Assembly: GCA_934130435.1 (NCBI GenBank)
Contig: CAKOYB010000006.1
Location: forward strand, 3,392-67,391
DNA from: an uncultured Clostridia bacterium
GTDB lineage: Bacteria; Bacillota; Clostridia; TANB77; CAG-508
DNA: 64,000 nucleotides
Direction: 5' to 3'
Numbering within the stretch: position 1 is the stretch's first letter; each line of letters opens with the position of its first letter. Under the pieces are notes generated by a model that was given only the letters and a program-made list of their open reading frames with translations, was not told where the DNA came from and did not search any database. Shown here in pieces: positions 19,785-28,295 of the stretch. The translations under genes were made by a program, and so were the position numbers.

Positions 19785-22331
19785 TCAGACGGATATGTAA
19801 ATTCTCCGATTAGCAATTCTTGCTGCTTGATTTAAAATTTCAATGATTTGGCTATCATCATAGCAATCTTTATTAGTTGCATAATATGGTTGAAGACCTT
19901 TTATTAATTTTCTCCATCCTTTATCTTCACTTTTCTCATTGCCATTTTGTGCTATCTGTAAGATCTTGTCTATTACGTTAATTCCCCAAGATTTTGTATG
20001 TTTTGCTCTATAGACTATGTTCTTTCTTTCTCTCATCATGTCTTTTTTATTTAAATTGCTAGTAACTAGAAAGTCTTCATATTTAAATAAATATGTAGCA
20101 TTATCCACAGCTACTCCTGTTTTTTCATTTTTATTTTTATAAATTCTTTCTGCAATAATTATTGTATCTAATTTTAATTCATCGCTTTTGTCTAGATTAA
20201 GTGCATAAAAATTATAGTCGTAAAATGCACTATCCGGATCATCTTTTTCTTTTTTTATATGAGCTAGTTTAGCTCCTAAAATTTTAAATAGTTTTGCTCT
20301 TTCACTTGGTAATATAACTAAATTATCTTTTTTTGAGATATTTCTTGGTTCGTTTGAATTAGCTTGTCTTACTATTGATATTTTTGTTTTTGGAATTCCA
20401 TCTAAAATTATTTTGCTTCCTGAAGTTTGCTCCAATTCTTCTTTATTTCTATATTTTTTTCCTAATTCGTATGCGTTTTTTCCAATAATTCCTTTCTTAT
20501 AGAATTCATCAAAATCATTCGAATATATAATACCTTTTTTATAAAATTCTAGTATATTTATCATTGAGAATATTCCATCAAGTATATATTGTTTTTTCAC
20601 TTCATAATCTATATCAGGGTTTAATATAATTTCTGGTATTGCTTTGTTCTCAATATATTTTCTTTCAATTCTTCCTTGCTTAAATAGTTGTCTCAGTTCT
20701 TGAATTGGTATTTCGTCCAAGGTTTCTACTCCGCACCATTCAATTAATTGATTTTTAGATAGTAGTCCACTTTCAAAAAAGAATTTTATACTTTTATCAT
20801 CCAACATAGCTTCAAGATTTTCCTCTAAAAAGCTGTTTTGTATCTCTTCTACTTCTTCAGCACTTTTTCCTTCCAGGTATAACTCATAATATAGTTCTAT
20901 GTATTTTTTTAATATACCTTCTTGTTTTTCTTTCTCTTCTCCTTCTGACTCTATGAATAATTGGTATTGACTAATTATTTCTTTATTCTCCATAAAATCA
21001 TTAATTTGGTTTTCTAATACAAAATCCTTTATGCATTCAGCATCAATTATTTCACTTAAGTATAGTCTCTTTATTGTATTAAAATCTATTAATTGTTTTT
21101 TAAACAAATATGTTAATAATCCCTTGTCACAATGTTTTATGTGCTTTATTGCTGTTTCTACCATTTTGCTGTCAAGTTCCGTCATTTCTGTTATATATAT
21201 AAAATTCACATTGCTTTTTTTCATCAATTCGTAAATTTCCTCTTTTTTCATTTGTAAGCAATCTAATTTAGTCGGTTCAATTTCATTTAGTTGGATTTCT
21301 CCGTTCAGTAACTTGGATCTAATTTCTTCCTTTTTTTCTTTTGTCATATACATTGTATTATTGTTTTTATCTATGTAGAATCTTTCAAGTGCATTCTGGA
21401 TATCCTGAAATGAATATGAGATATGAATTTTTGTTTTGTTATCTATGTCTTCTACTTCACCTTCAAATTTTCTTGACCTATCAACCTTTGACAAAATAAA
21501 TGATAGAATAACTTTTACAGCCTCTCTTGATTCGCTTTTTAATTTATCTCCTTTAGTATCCATTTCTATTTCTGCTCTATAAGCTGTAATTAGAAATAAT
21601 TTTTCAAAATCTATGTATTCAATTACTCTTTCTAATTGTTCTCCAACTTTAATCAAAAATTCTTTTTCATTTTCTTCATTCCTTGTATTAAGTTTCGCTG
21701 CGTTAATAATAACTTCCTCTATTCCAGGTTTAGTAAATATATAATCTTCTAAATCTGAGTCGTGCAAAAACTGAATTAAATATGGAAGTCCTTTACCATT
21801 AACCTCTTTATCCCCTAATGCTTTATTTATATCTTTTAAGTATCTCTCTTTTCTACTGTTTCTTCTGGTCTTCTTCTTAGCTTCTGCTTCTGTGTCTAAA
21901 TACATAACCTTATTATTTTCATTGTCATTTATAATATAAAAGCGAATTGTATTCATATCTCTTAATAAAGGACGCAATATTTCTAGCATTTTTTTGTCAT
22001 ATTTTTGTTGTAATTCAAGCTTTTGTAAACTTACTCCTCTTCTTCTAGCAATTTCTTCCATATTTGAATCGATATACTGAGTCTGATCTCTATAATTTCT
22101 AAATAAAATTAGTATTAGTTGATTAATATCAATAAACTGTTCATTTTTTATAAAAAGTTTTTCTAATTCGCTTGGGCTTTCAAGACCTTTTAATATTTTT
22201 CTAAATACAATTTTTATTTCTTCACACGCTCTTGGGTCTTTAACAAAGAAATCAATATCAGTTTCTGCTCCTGACATAAATTCCACTTCCGAAAATAGCT
22301 TTTTTAATGTTAGTTCTTCTTTTTTTAACAT
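19785..22331 (-). CDS. 848-aa uncharacterised protein (accessory); has an in-frame CGG-A site 7 codons before its stop
   Basis: Long acidic/KE-rich ORF without recognisable enzymatic motifs. Ends ...IAN CGG AGA ATT TAC ATA TCC GTC TGA; the +1 alternative from GGA continues 20 codons (GEFTYPSEMVITTNDAEQEK*). Confidence 0.5.
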   Translation of the reverse strand: MLKKEELTLKKLFSEVEFMSGAETDIDFFVKDPRACEEIKIVFRKILKGLESPSELEKLFIKNEQFIDINQLILILFRNYRDQTQYIDSNMEEIARRRGVSLQKLELQQKYDKKMLEILRPLLRDMNTIRFYIINDNENNKVMYLDTEAEAKKKTRRNSRKERYLKDINKALGDKEVNGKGLPYLIQFLHDSDLEDYIFTKPGIEEVIINAAKLNTRNEENEKEFLIKVGEQLERVIEYIDFEKLFLITAYRAEIEMDTKGDKLKSESREAVKVILSFILSKVDRSRKFEGEVEDIDNKTKIHISYSFQDIQNALERFYIDKNNNTMYMTKEKKEEIRSKLLNGEIQLNEIEPTKLDCLQMKKEEIYELMKKSNVNFIYITEMTELDSKMVETAIKHIKHCDKGLLTYLFKKQLIDFNTIKRLYLSEIIDAECIKDFVLENQINDFMENKEIISQYQLFIESEGEEKEKQEGILKKYIELYYELYLEGKSAEEVEEIQNSFLEENLEAMLDDKSIKFFFESGLLSKNQLIEWCGVETLDEIPIQELRQLFKQGRIERKYIENKAIPEIILNPDIDYEVKKQYILDGIFSMINILEFYKKGIIYSNDFDEFYKKGIIGKNAYELGKKYRNKEELEQTSGSKIILDGIPKTKISIVRQANSNEPRNISKKDNLVILPSERAKLFKILGAKLAHIKKEKDDPDSAFYDYNFYALNLDKSDELKLDTIIIAERIYKNKNEKTGVAVDNATYLFKYEDFLVTSNLNKKDMMRERKNIVYRAKHTKSWGINVIDKILQIAQNGNEKSEDKGWRKLIKGLQPYYATNKDCYDDSQIIEILNQAARIANRRIYISV

Positions 22332-22366
22332 AATTTACCACCACAAATATTATACCATGTTTTATG

Positions 22367-23170
22367 TTAATTTGCAACTTTTCCAATCTCTGCTCCAAGC
22401 AATATTGTGTACATACATGCATAAACCCACATCATCACTAGAACTATTGTTGTGAGACTTCCATACATTATTGAAAAACCGTTAAAAACTTCTACATAGA
22501 TTGAAAAGAAATATGAAATTACGATCCATCCAACAGATGCCACTAATGCGCTAATTGCATAATTTTGATTTTTTTCTATATGTTTTGGAATAAATTTATA
22601 CATCAGCCAAAATATAAAAAATAGAATAACTGTTGTTACTATTGTTTTAAATTTTATTACCAAGTTAAATATTTTATTATATATATTAAATTTTTGTATA
22701 AGTAGAGTATTAATTGTATTTCCAAAAACCATAAATAATAGTACAAAAATAATCATAACGATAAAAATTGCTGTAAGTATTGTTGCTCTAGTCCTAAATA
22801 AAATATATGTTTTTTCTTCTTTTGTTTTGTAAACAGAACTTAATCCTTTGCATAATGCTGTAAAGCCTCTTCCTGCAGACCATAATGTAAATAATGCAGA
22901 TATTGTAATAGTTCCAATCGATTTAGAATATACTTCTTTTACTATATCCATAACTGTTCCGCTTAGGAAATTTTCTGGCATTATTTGACTTATTGCAAAA
23001 AATAATACTTCTTCCTCTAAACCAATATATTTAATAAGTGTTATTATTAGCATGATGAATGGTATAAATGCAAGTATTGTATAATATGCGCACTGTGTTG
23101 CATATTCCTCAATATGATCTTCTTTTAGGTTTTTACTAAGTAACTTTACTCTTTTCATTATATCTTTCAT
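22367..23170 (-). CDS. YihY/BrkB-family membrane protein
   Basis: N-terminal QCAYYTILAFIPFIMLII and six TM segments typical of YihY. Confidence 0.7.
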   Translation of the reverse strand: MKDIMKRVKLLSKNLKEDHIEEYATQCAYYTILAFIPFIMLIITLIKYIGLEEEVLFFAISQIMPENFLSGTVMDIVKEVYSKSIGTITISALFTLWSAGRGFTALCKGLSSVYKTKEEKTYILFRTRATILTAIFIVMIIFVLLFMVFGNTINTLLIQKFNIYNKIFNLVIKFKTIVTTVILFFIFWLMYKFIPKHIEKNQNYAISALVASVGWIVISYFFSIYVEVFNGFSIMYGSLTTIVLVMMWVYACMYTILLGAEIGKVAN

Positions 23171-23189
23171 ATTTTCACCTTTAAAAATA

Positions 23190-23208
23190 AGGCGGATTTT
23201 TCCGCCTA
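23190..23208 (-). terminator. rho-independent terminator AGGCGGA-TTTTT-TCCGCCT downstream of the TSCPD gene
   Basis: 7-bp perfect stem overlapping the stop codon, with an A-run on + (U-run on the minus transcript). Confidence 0.5.
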
Positions 23209-23469
23209 TTTAGCTAGTCTTTGTTTTTCTTTTGCTTCTTCTAATGCTTTTGCTAATTGATCTGGACAAGATGTAGATCTAAATCCACATGGGATTCCTT
23301 TTAGTCTTTTAATTGCTTCATCAATATTCATTCCTTCAACAAGTCTAGATACTCCAACTGTGTTTCCTGCACATCCTCCAATAATTTCAACCTTTTTTAT
23401 TATGTTTCCATCCAACTCTATTTTCATCTTGCTTGAACATACTCCTTTAGGTGTGTAAATATACTCCAT
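23206..23469 (-). CDS. TSCPD-domain protein (TIGR03905 family)
   Basis: Literal TSCPD motif (RSTSCPDQLAKAL); 87 aa. Confidence 0.7.
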   Translation of the reverse strand: MEYIYTPKGVCSSKMKIELDGNIIKKVEIIGGCAGNTVGVSRLVEGMNIDEAIKRLKGIPCGFRSTSCPDQLAKALEEAKEKQRLAK

Positions 23470-23481
23470 ATTATTACCTCC

Positions 23482-24276
23482 TTATTTATTTTTCTTTATT
23501 TTTTCTTGTATTATATCTCTTGTCTTATCTAATTCATTTTTAGTTTTATCTATTTGTGAATCTATTACTCTTTTTGTTTGCGTTATTTTTTCCTTAACCT
23601 TTATTTTTAACATTTCTATCTTAGGATATGCATTAATTAAACGTCTATGAATATATGATTTACCTATTAAGATTTCTTTAACCTTTTTGGTTATTTCTTC
23701 TGTACTGTCATTTTTGTTGTTAATATTTATATTCTTTGTTGTTGTTTTTATATTAATTATTGTTATAAAAGAAAAAATATTATCTATTATGAATATTGAT
23801 AGTATTCCATAGAAACATACATTTAAGCAATTATTAACAACATAGTTAATAATATTAAAGAAAAACGGGTTTAATACATATATAACTAATAGTCCAAATA
23901 TTCCAAATGGAACTAACGTATCTAAGCATATTCTTCCATTAATATTATACTTTCTTCTTGAATAATCCCACCATCTTAAGTTAAATACTTTTTCTAATAT
24001 ATAGCTTGTTAAATATTCAAGAGTTCCACATAGTAAAATAGTCATAATAAATAAAACAAATGGATCATTTGAATATCTTTTTAGTAGGATAGTTATTAAT
24101 ACTGCTCCTACGCCATATATTGGGCAATATGGACCAATTAAGAATCCTCTATTTATAAATCTTTTGTATTCTATTAATTTACATGTTACTTCTAGTAGCC
24201 ATCCCATAACAGAATATATAATGAATAATAAAAAATATGCCTTTATTGTTACCAACATTTTCATCACCAAAAGCAT
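23482..24276 (-). CDS. membrane protein, putative ABC-transporter type IV-like (DUF1113/CmpB-like) with C-terminal coiled coil
   Basis: Four or five TM helices then a KE-rich tail. Confidence 0.4.
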   Translation of the reverse strand: MLLVMKMLVTIKAYFLLFIIYSVMGWLLEVTCKLIEYKRFINRGFLIGPYCPIYGVGAVLITILLKRYSNDPFVLFIMTILLCGTLEYLTSYILEKVFNLRWWDYSRRKYNINGRICLDTLVPFGIFGLLVIYVLNPFFFNIINYVVNNCLNVCFYGILSIFIIDNIFSFITIINIKTTTKNININNKNDSTEEITKKVKEILIGKSYIHRRLINAYPKIEMLKIKVKEKITQTKRVIDSQIDKTKNELDKTRDIIQEKIKKNK

Positions 24277-24315
24277 TATATATTATTTGTTTTAAAAACA
24301 CAAGTATTCTATTAA

Positions 24316-24549
24316 TTAATCAATTGTTGTTCTACTTTTTCCCATTCCAACAACATCTTCTTGTATTGATCTCCATGTATTGCACCCCACTATTCCATCT
24401 ACTGTAAGTCCGAATCTGCTTTGATATAATTGTACTGCTCTTTTAGTTTGTGCTCCAAAGATTCCATCTAATCCTCCTGTTCTAAATCCCAACGTGTTTA
24501 GTCCGTCTTGAAGAACTAGTACATATACTCCCCTACTTCCTTGTTTCAC
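24316..24549 (-). CDS. stand-alone peptidoglycan-binding (PG_binding_1) domain protein; GTG start, GC-rich
   Basis: LGFRTGGLDGIFGAQTKRAVQLYQSRFGLTVDGIVGCNTW PG_binding_1 repeat. GGAGGG RBS 9 nt before GTG. Local GC far above the window average. Confidence 0.6.
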   Translation of the reverse strand: MKQGSRGVYVLVLQDGLNTLGFRTGGLDGIFGAQTKRAVQLYQSRFGLTVDGIVGCNTWRSIQEDVVGMGKSRTTID

Positions 24550-25032
24550 TAATGGATACCCTCCAGACGCACATGCAGGAGGAGACTGCCTCCTATCAAA
24601 ATGTAGACGTTACATGTAGAAAAAGAGCAATCATTTTTGATTACTCTAGTATATTATTTATTGTATTTATTCTGGTATATTGATATATTTTTAATATTAT
24701 TTTTTTTAATAATTTCACTATTATTTTTTCATACCATTTACATTCTTTCATTATTTCTTTTAAAATTTCATTTTCCATAATATACCTCCTAAAAATATTT
24801 GACAAACATACTTTAGGAATGTATAATTATAATATATACTTTACCAAAGTATATCGTTTTGATATGAGATAGGTTTGTTTGACGGCAATCTATCTCTTTT
24901 TTTATTATTATATAATGATGTCGAAAAAAGTCAAGGAAAATCGTTCGACAAAAGTGTTCTCTGACAGCGTCATCTATTTTTTTGTGAATAAAAAAGATAA
25001 AATATAAAGATACTATTTTTAGAGGTATTTTT

Positions 25033-25356
25033 ATGTTTGTTTTTTTAATTAAATCATTGAGAACTGAAAAGAAAATAAGTTTAAATTCATTAAGCAAATT
25101 AACTGGACTGTCTAGAGGGTATTTGTTTGATTTAGAAAATAATCGTAAGTTTAATCCTACTTTAGACACATTGTATAAAATCTCATCTGCTTTAAATGTT
25201 AATTTAAAAGAGCTTTTTTATACTGAATTGGATATAGAAAAATTAAAAAAAGAAATGTATCGAAGAATAGATAAATATGGTATTAAATCAAAAGAAGTTT
25301 TAGAAGTCTCACAAGTTATTGATTTATTAATAAATGTAAAAATAAATAAGGACTAG
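25033..25356 (+). CDS. XRE-family HTH regulator with C-terminal Spo0E-like domain
   Basis: N-terminal HTH_3 (ISLNSLSKLTGLSRGYLFDLENNRK). C-terminal EKLKKEMYRRIDKYGIKSKEVLEVSQVIDLLI fits the Spo0E-like phosphatase pattern. AGAGG RBS 8 nt upstream. Confidence 0.5.
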   Translation: MFVFLIKSLRTEKKISLNSLSKLTGLSRGYLFDLENNRKFNPTLDTLYKISSALNVNLKELFYTELDIEKLKKEMYRRIDKYGIKSKEVLEVSQVIDLLINVKINKD

Positions 25357-25641
25357 CAATTTTAGCCAGTCCTTATCATTTTTCTGCAAACTCCTATGTG
25401 TATTTATAAATAAATACGTAAATTATTATACTATAACTCTAAGAAAAAGATTGTCGAATTATGATGTGATTCTTAAAAAATTTTTATAAAACAATAGTAG
25501 AACTTTAATAATAACCATTATGCCATATAATCTAAAAAAGTATTGAAAAATAGCCTAAAAAGCGACCCGCGAGAATCGATTTTAAGGCTTTTTATTTTTT
25601 TAGGCAAGTACTTATATGCCTTGATTTTAGTGTTTTTCTTA

Positions 25642-26919
25642 CTATTTTAAATATTTTTTTGCAACATAGCCTGTATAATTTCCATATTTTACTTTGCTCC
25701 ATACATATCCATTTTTTGTTGTATAATTTAAAGCTAATATTTTTACTTTTTTATTATATGGTATTGTCAATATCTTTTTTCCACTTGCTGTTTTTCTTAA
25801 TACTAATCCTTTTTTAGCTCCTACTTTTTTAGTTGTAGTTGTTACTGTTGAAGTATTAATTTTCTTTGTATAATCTAAACATATCCATCCTTTAGAAGTT
25901 TTTCCCCAATTGCCTGATACTGCTGTTATTGTTACTTTTGTGTTATAAGAATATTTTCCTACTTTGCTATATTTAGTTGATGCACCTTTTCTTATATTTA
26001 GTCCTACTTTTGCTATTACTTTTGCTGTATAATTCGTAGATTTTGTAGATGTATTATTCTTAGTTTCTGTTATTTTAATTTGATTTATTTTTCCATCATT
26101 TCTAGTATTTTTATAGCAATAAAAGTTTTGTGCATTTGCATATTTCTTAAAGCTGTCTTTTGATACGTATACCGTATTACCTTCTACTTTTACATTTGCC
26201 TTTCTTCTTGTAGCTGTATTAAATTTACCTGCATATAAATAAGGATCATATATTTTCAATGTATCTCCGTCTATTCCTACTATAGTAATGAAATGACCTC
26301 CGTATGTAAATAAACCATTTCTACATATTGCTATTACATAATTGTTATTTTCTAACTTGTCTATCATTGTATTAAAATTAGAAGTTTCTTTTAGTTCTAT
26401 ATCAAATACATCTGCTGTCCATTTCATAGCCGCCCAGTAAGTTCCTGCATCTTTACTTCTATATCCATATTTAACAAATAAATCTGCCATTGTACTTGGT
26501 AAAACTTCGCCTTTAATACTTGATACAATTATTGCAGCTGCAGTGGGACCACAGCCACTATTTATCATTGTGTTATTTCCGTATTTTTTTAACGCCCATC
26601 TTTTATCTGCTTGTGAATAATAAGTTAATCCTTTATATTCTCCAACTTCTATATTAGGTGTTTTATCACTTCCGTTATAAGCTATTTCTCCTAACTCTTC
26701 AAAGGTTTGATTTTCAAGATTAGCTTCTTGTACTTCTGTGGCTTGTTCATCATCTTGTGACAATTCGGCTATTTGCACATCTTCTACTATATTTGTTATT
26801 GTTTCTATGCCATCAGATATTCTATTTACATCTTCATCTGTATATTGAAATCCAAATATTCCCGCTAATATTGCTAAAATTATAGTAACACTTGCAACTA
26901 CTACTTTTCTTTTATTCAT
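25642..26919 (-). CDS. endolysin: C39-like/NlpC-type cysteine peptidase domain plus two SH3b cell-wall-binding repeats
   Basis: SGCGPTAAAIIVSSI catalytic-Cys motif; C-terminal SH3_3-like repeats (GLNIRKGAST..., GLVLRKTASGK...). Start taken at ATG 26919 with AAGGAGGA RBS, not the upstream ORF-track start. Confidence 0.7.
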   Translation of the reverse strand: MNKRKVVVASVTIILAILAGIFGFQYTDEDVNRISDGIETITNIVEDVQIAELSQDDEQATEVQEANLENQTFEELGEIAYNGSDKTPNIEVGEYKGLTYYSQADKRWALKKYGNNTMINSGCGPTAAAIIVSSIKGEVLPSTMADLFVKYGYRSKDAGTYWAAMKWTADVFDIELKETSNFNTMIDKLENNNYVIAICRNGLFTYGGHFITIVGIDGDTLKIYDPYLYAGKFNTATRRKANVKVEGNTVYVSKDSFKKYANAQNFYCYKNTRNDGKINQIKITETKNNTSTKSTNYTAKVIAKVGLNIRKGASTKYSKVGKYSYNTKVTITAVSGNWGKTSKGWICLDYTKKINTSTVTTTTKKVGAKKGLVLRKTASGKKILTIPYNKKVKILALNYTTKNGYVWSKVKYGNYTGYVAKKYLK

Positions 26920-26933
26920 TTTATTTTTCCTCC

Positions 26934-27245
26934 TTACTTTAGTCCTATTTTTACTGCTATGTAGCTTAATAAAATACCAAGTGCAGCATAAAAAAGATAG
27001 TCTATTAATTTGTCCCACTTTTTTCCTTTTTCTTTGCTATCTTCTGCTACTTTAGCATCCAATTTAATATCTATTTTTTCTATTGCTGATTCTACTTTTC
27101 CCATTCTATAATCCATTTTTTCCATTATAGAATATGTTTTTTCAAGATTATCTAGTCTTGTATCGTGTTCACTAATTCTTTTTGTATTTGATTTTTCTCG
27201 TTCTTCTAAATGAGCAAGTTTCTCTATTAGTTCAGTATTATCCAT
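26934..27245 (-). CDS. xhlA: XhlA-family hemolysin/holin-associated protein
   Basis: Coiled coil then a C-terminal TM helix (LIDYLFYAALGILLSYIAVKIGL), immediately upstream of the endolysin. Confidence 0.65.
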   Translation of the reverse strand: MDNTELIEKLAHLEEREKSNTKRISEHDTRLDNLEKTYSIMEKMDYRMGKVESAIEKIDIKLDAKVAEDSKEKGKKWDKLIDYLFYAALGILLSYIAVKIGLK

Positions 27246-27308
27246 AATACTTTTTCCTTTCTTAATTTATCTAATGTAGTTTTGACCATTGAATAAAATA
27301 TATTTTTT

Positions 27309-27790
27309 CGAGATTGATTGTGAATTAATCTGTTGTTTTTGTATATTCAATTATTACATTCATTGGCGAATTAGTTCTCGTACCACTTGCTCGACATCTG
27401 ATATTGGTTACTTTTCCAGAAGTATCACAAAGTCCGCCACGTAGAAATATTATCGTTAGATGTAATATATGAATTAATTGAACCTTTGTGCGAAGAACCT
27501 TGATTGTATATAATTCCTCTAATGTCCACTAACGTATCTATATTTTCTGTTATAGTATATATGTTAGTATTAGTATCAACAGTATTCGGACTTGTTAGTT
27601 GCAAACATTTTCTGTATAATGTTTTTCCATCAAGCCATTTCCCAATAATTTGTTCTTCTGTTGAATAATTAAATTTATTATTAACTTCAGTTATTGCATT
27701 CTCAATATTATCTTGAAACGTATCCATAGTTGTTTTATTTAACTTGGTTTCATTATTTTTGAAATTTAGCTTTTCCATATTATCCTCCAT
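27309..27790 (-). CDS. tail fibre/receptor-binding-module protein with +1 frame change at CGG-A (+ strand 27433-27436)
   Basis: ORF-track protein ends ...STW R T L* (TGG CGG ACT TTG TGA). Resuming at GGA gives 34 further open codons (GLCDTSGKVTNIRCRASGTRTNSPMNVIIEYTKTTD*). Confidence 0.5.
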
Positions 27791-27791
27791 T

Positions 27792-28280
27792 TTACTTCCA
27801 ACTTCCAATAGCAATATAATTTATTGATACTTCAACATTAGATTTTGATTGTACCTTCCAAACATAGCCTCCAAAGTTTTCTTTTACAATTTCAGTATTA
27901 TTAAATGCTATTAATGTAGAGCCTTGCTGTAATGTAACAGTACAAATAGGTGGCTCTTTAAAGTTAACTGGAAATACTACTCGTTCTATCCCAGCGAAAT
28001 AAACTCCTTCATAAGCTGTTGTAATGTTTAATGTCTGTATATTTTTTCCGAAACAAATCATTTTTCCACTATCATATTTAATAGCTATTCCTTTATCATT
28101 TACTACTATCTCTCCATTTATTGAGCTTTCTATATTATTTTGCAATGCATTTAATTCCTCAGCAGATAAATAATGTTGTACTGCTTTCATTTGTGCTGGT
28201 GTCACAGGATAATCAACACCATCTATTGTTACTTTTGCTTGTTGTAATATTTCTGAATCTTCAAATGGTATTTTAATCAT
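27792..28280 (-). CDS. phage tail fibre/tail protein
   Basis: Position between Tal and the lysis cassette; beta-rich sequence. Confidence 0.45.
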   Translation of the reverse strand: MIKIPFEDSEILQQAKVTIDGVDYPVTPAQMKAVQHYLSAEELNALQNNIESSINGEIVVNDKGIAIKYDSGKMICFGKNIQTLNITTAYEGVYFAGIERVVFPVNFKEPPICTVTLQQGSTLIAFNNTEIVKENFGGYVWKVQSKSNVEVSINYIAIGSWK

Positions 28281-28295
28281 TTATTTTTTCCTCCT

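Noticed and set aside
24813-25169. 118-aa minus-strand ORF overlapping the XRE regulator
   Set aside because: Low-complexity, overlaps a well-supported + strand HTH gene and its promoter; no RBS; typical AT-rich shadow ORF.
25357-25641. Looking for attL/attR direct repeats between 25357-25641 and 60497-61150
   Set aside because: No convincing shared core found by eye. Serine-integrase att sites are short imperfect palindromes without long direct repeats, so boundaries are left approximate.
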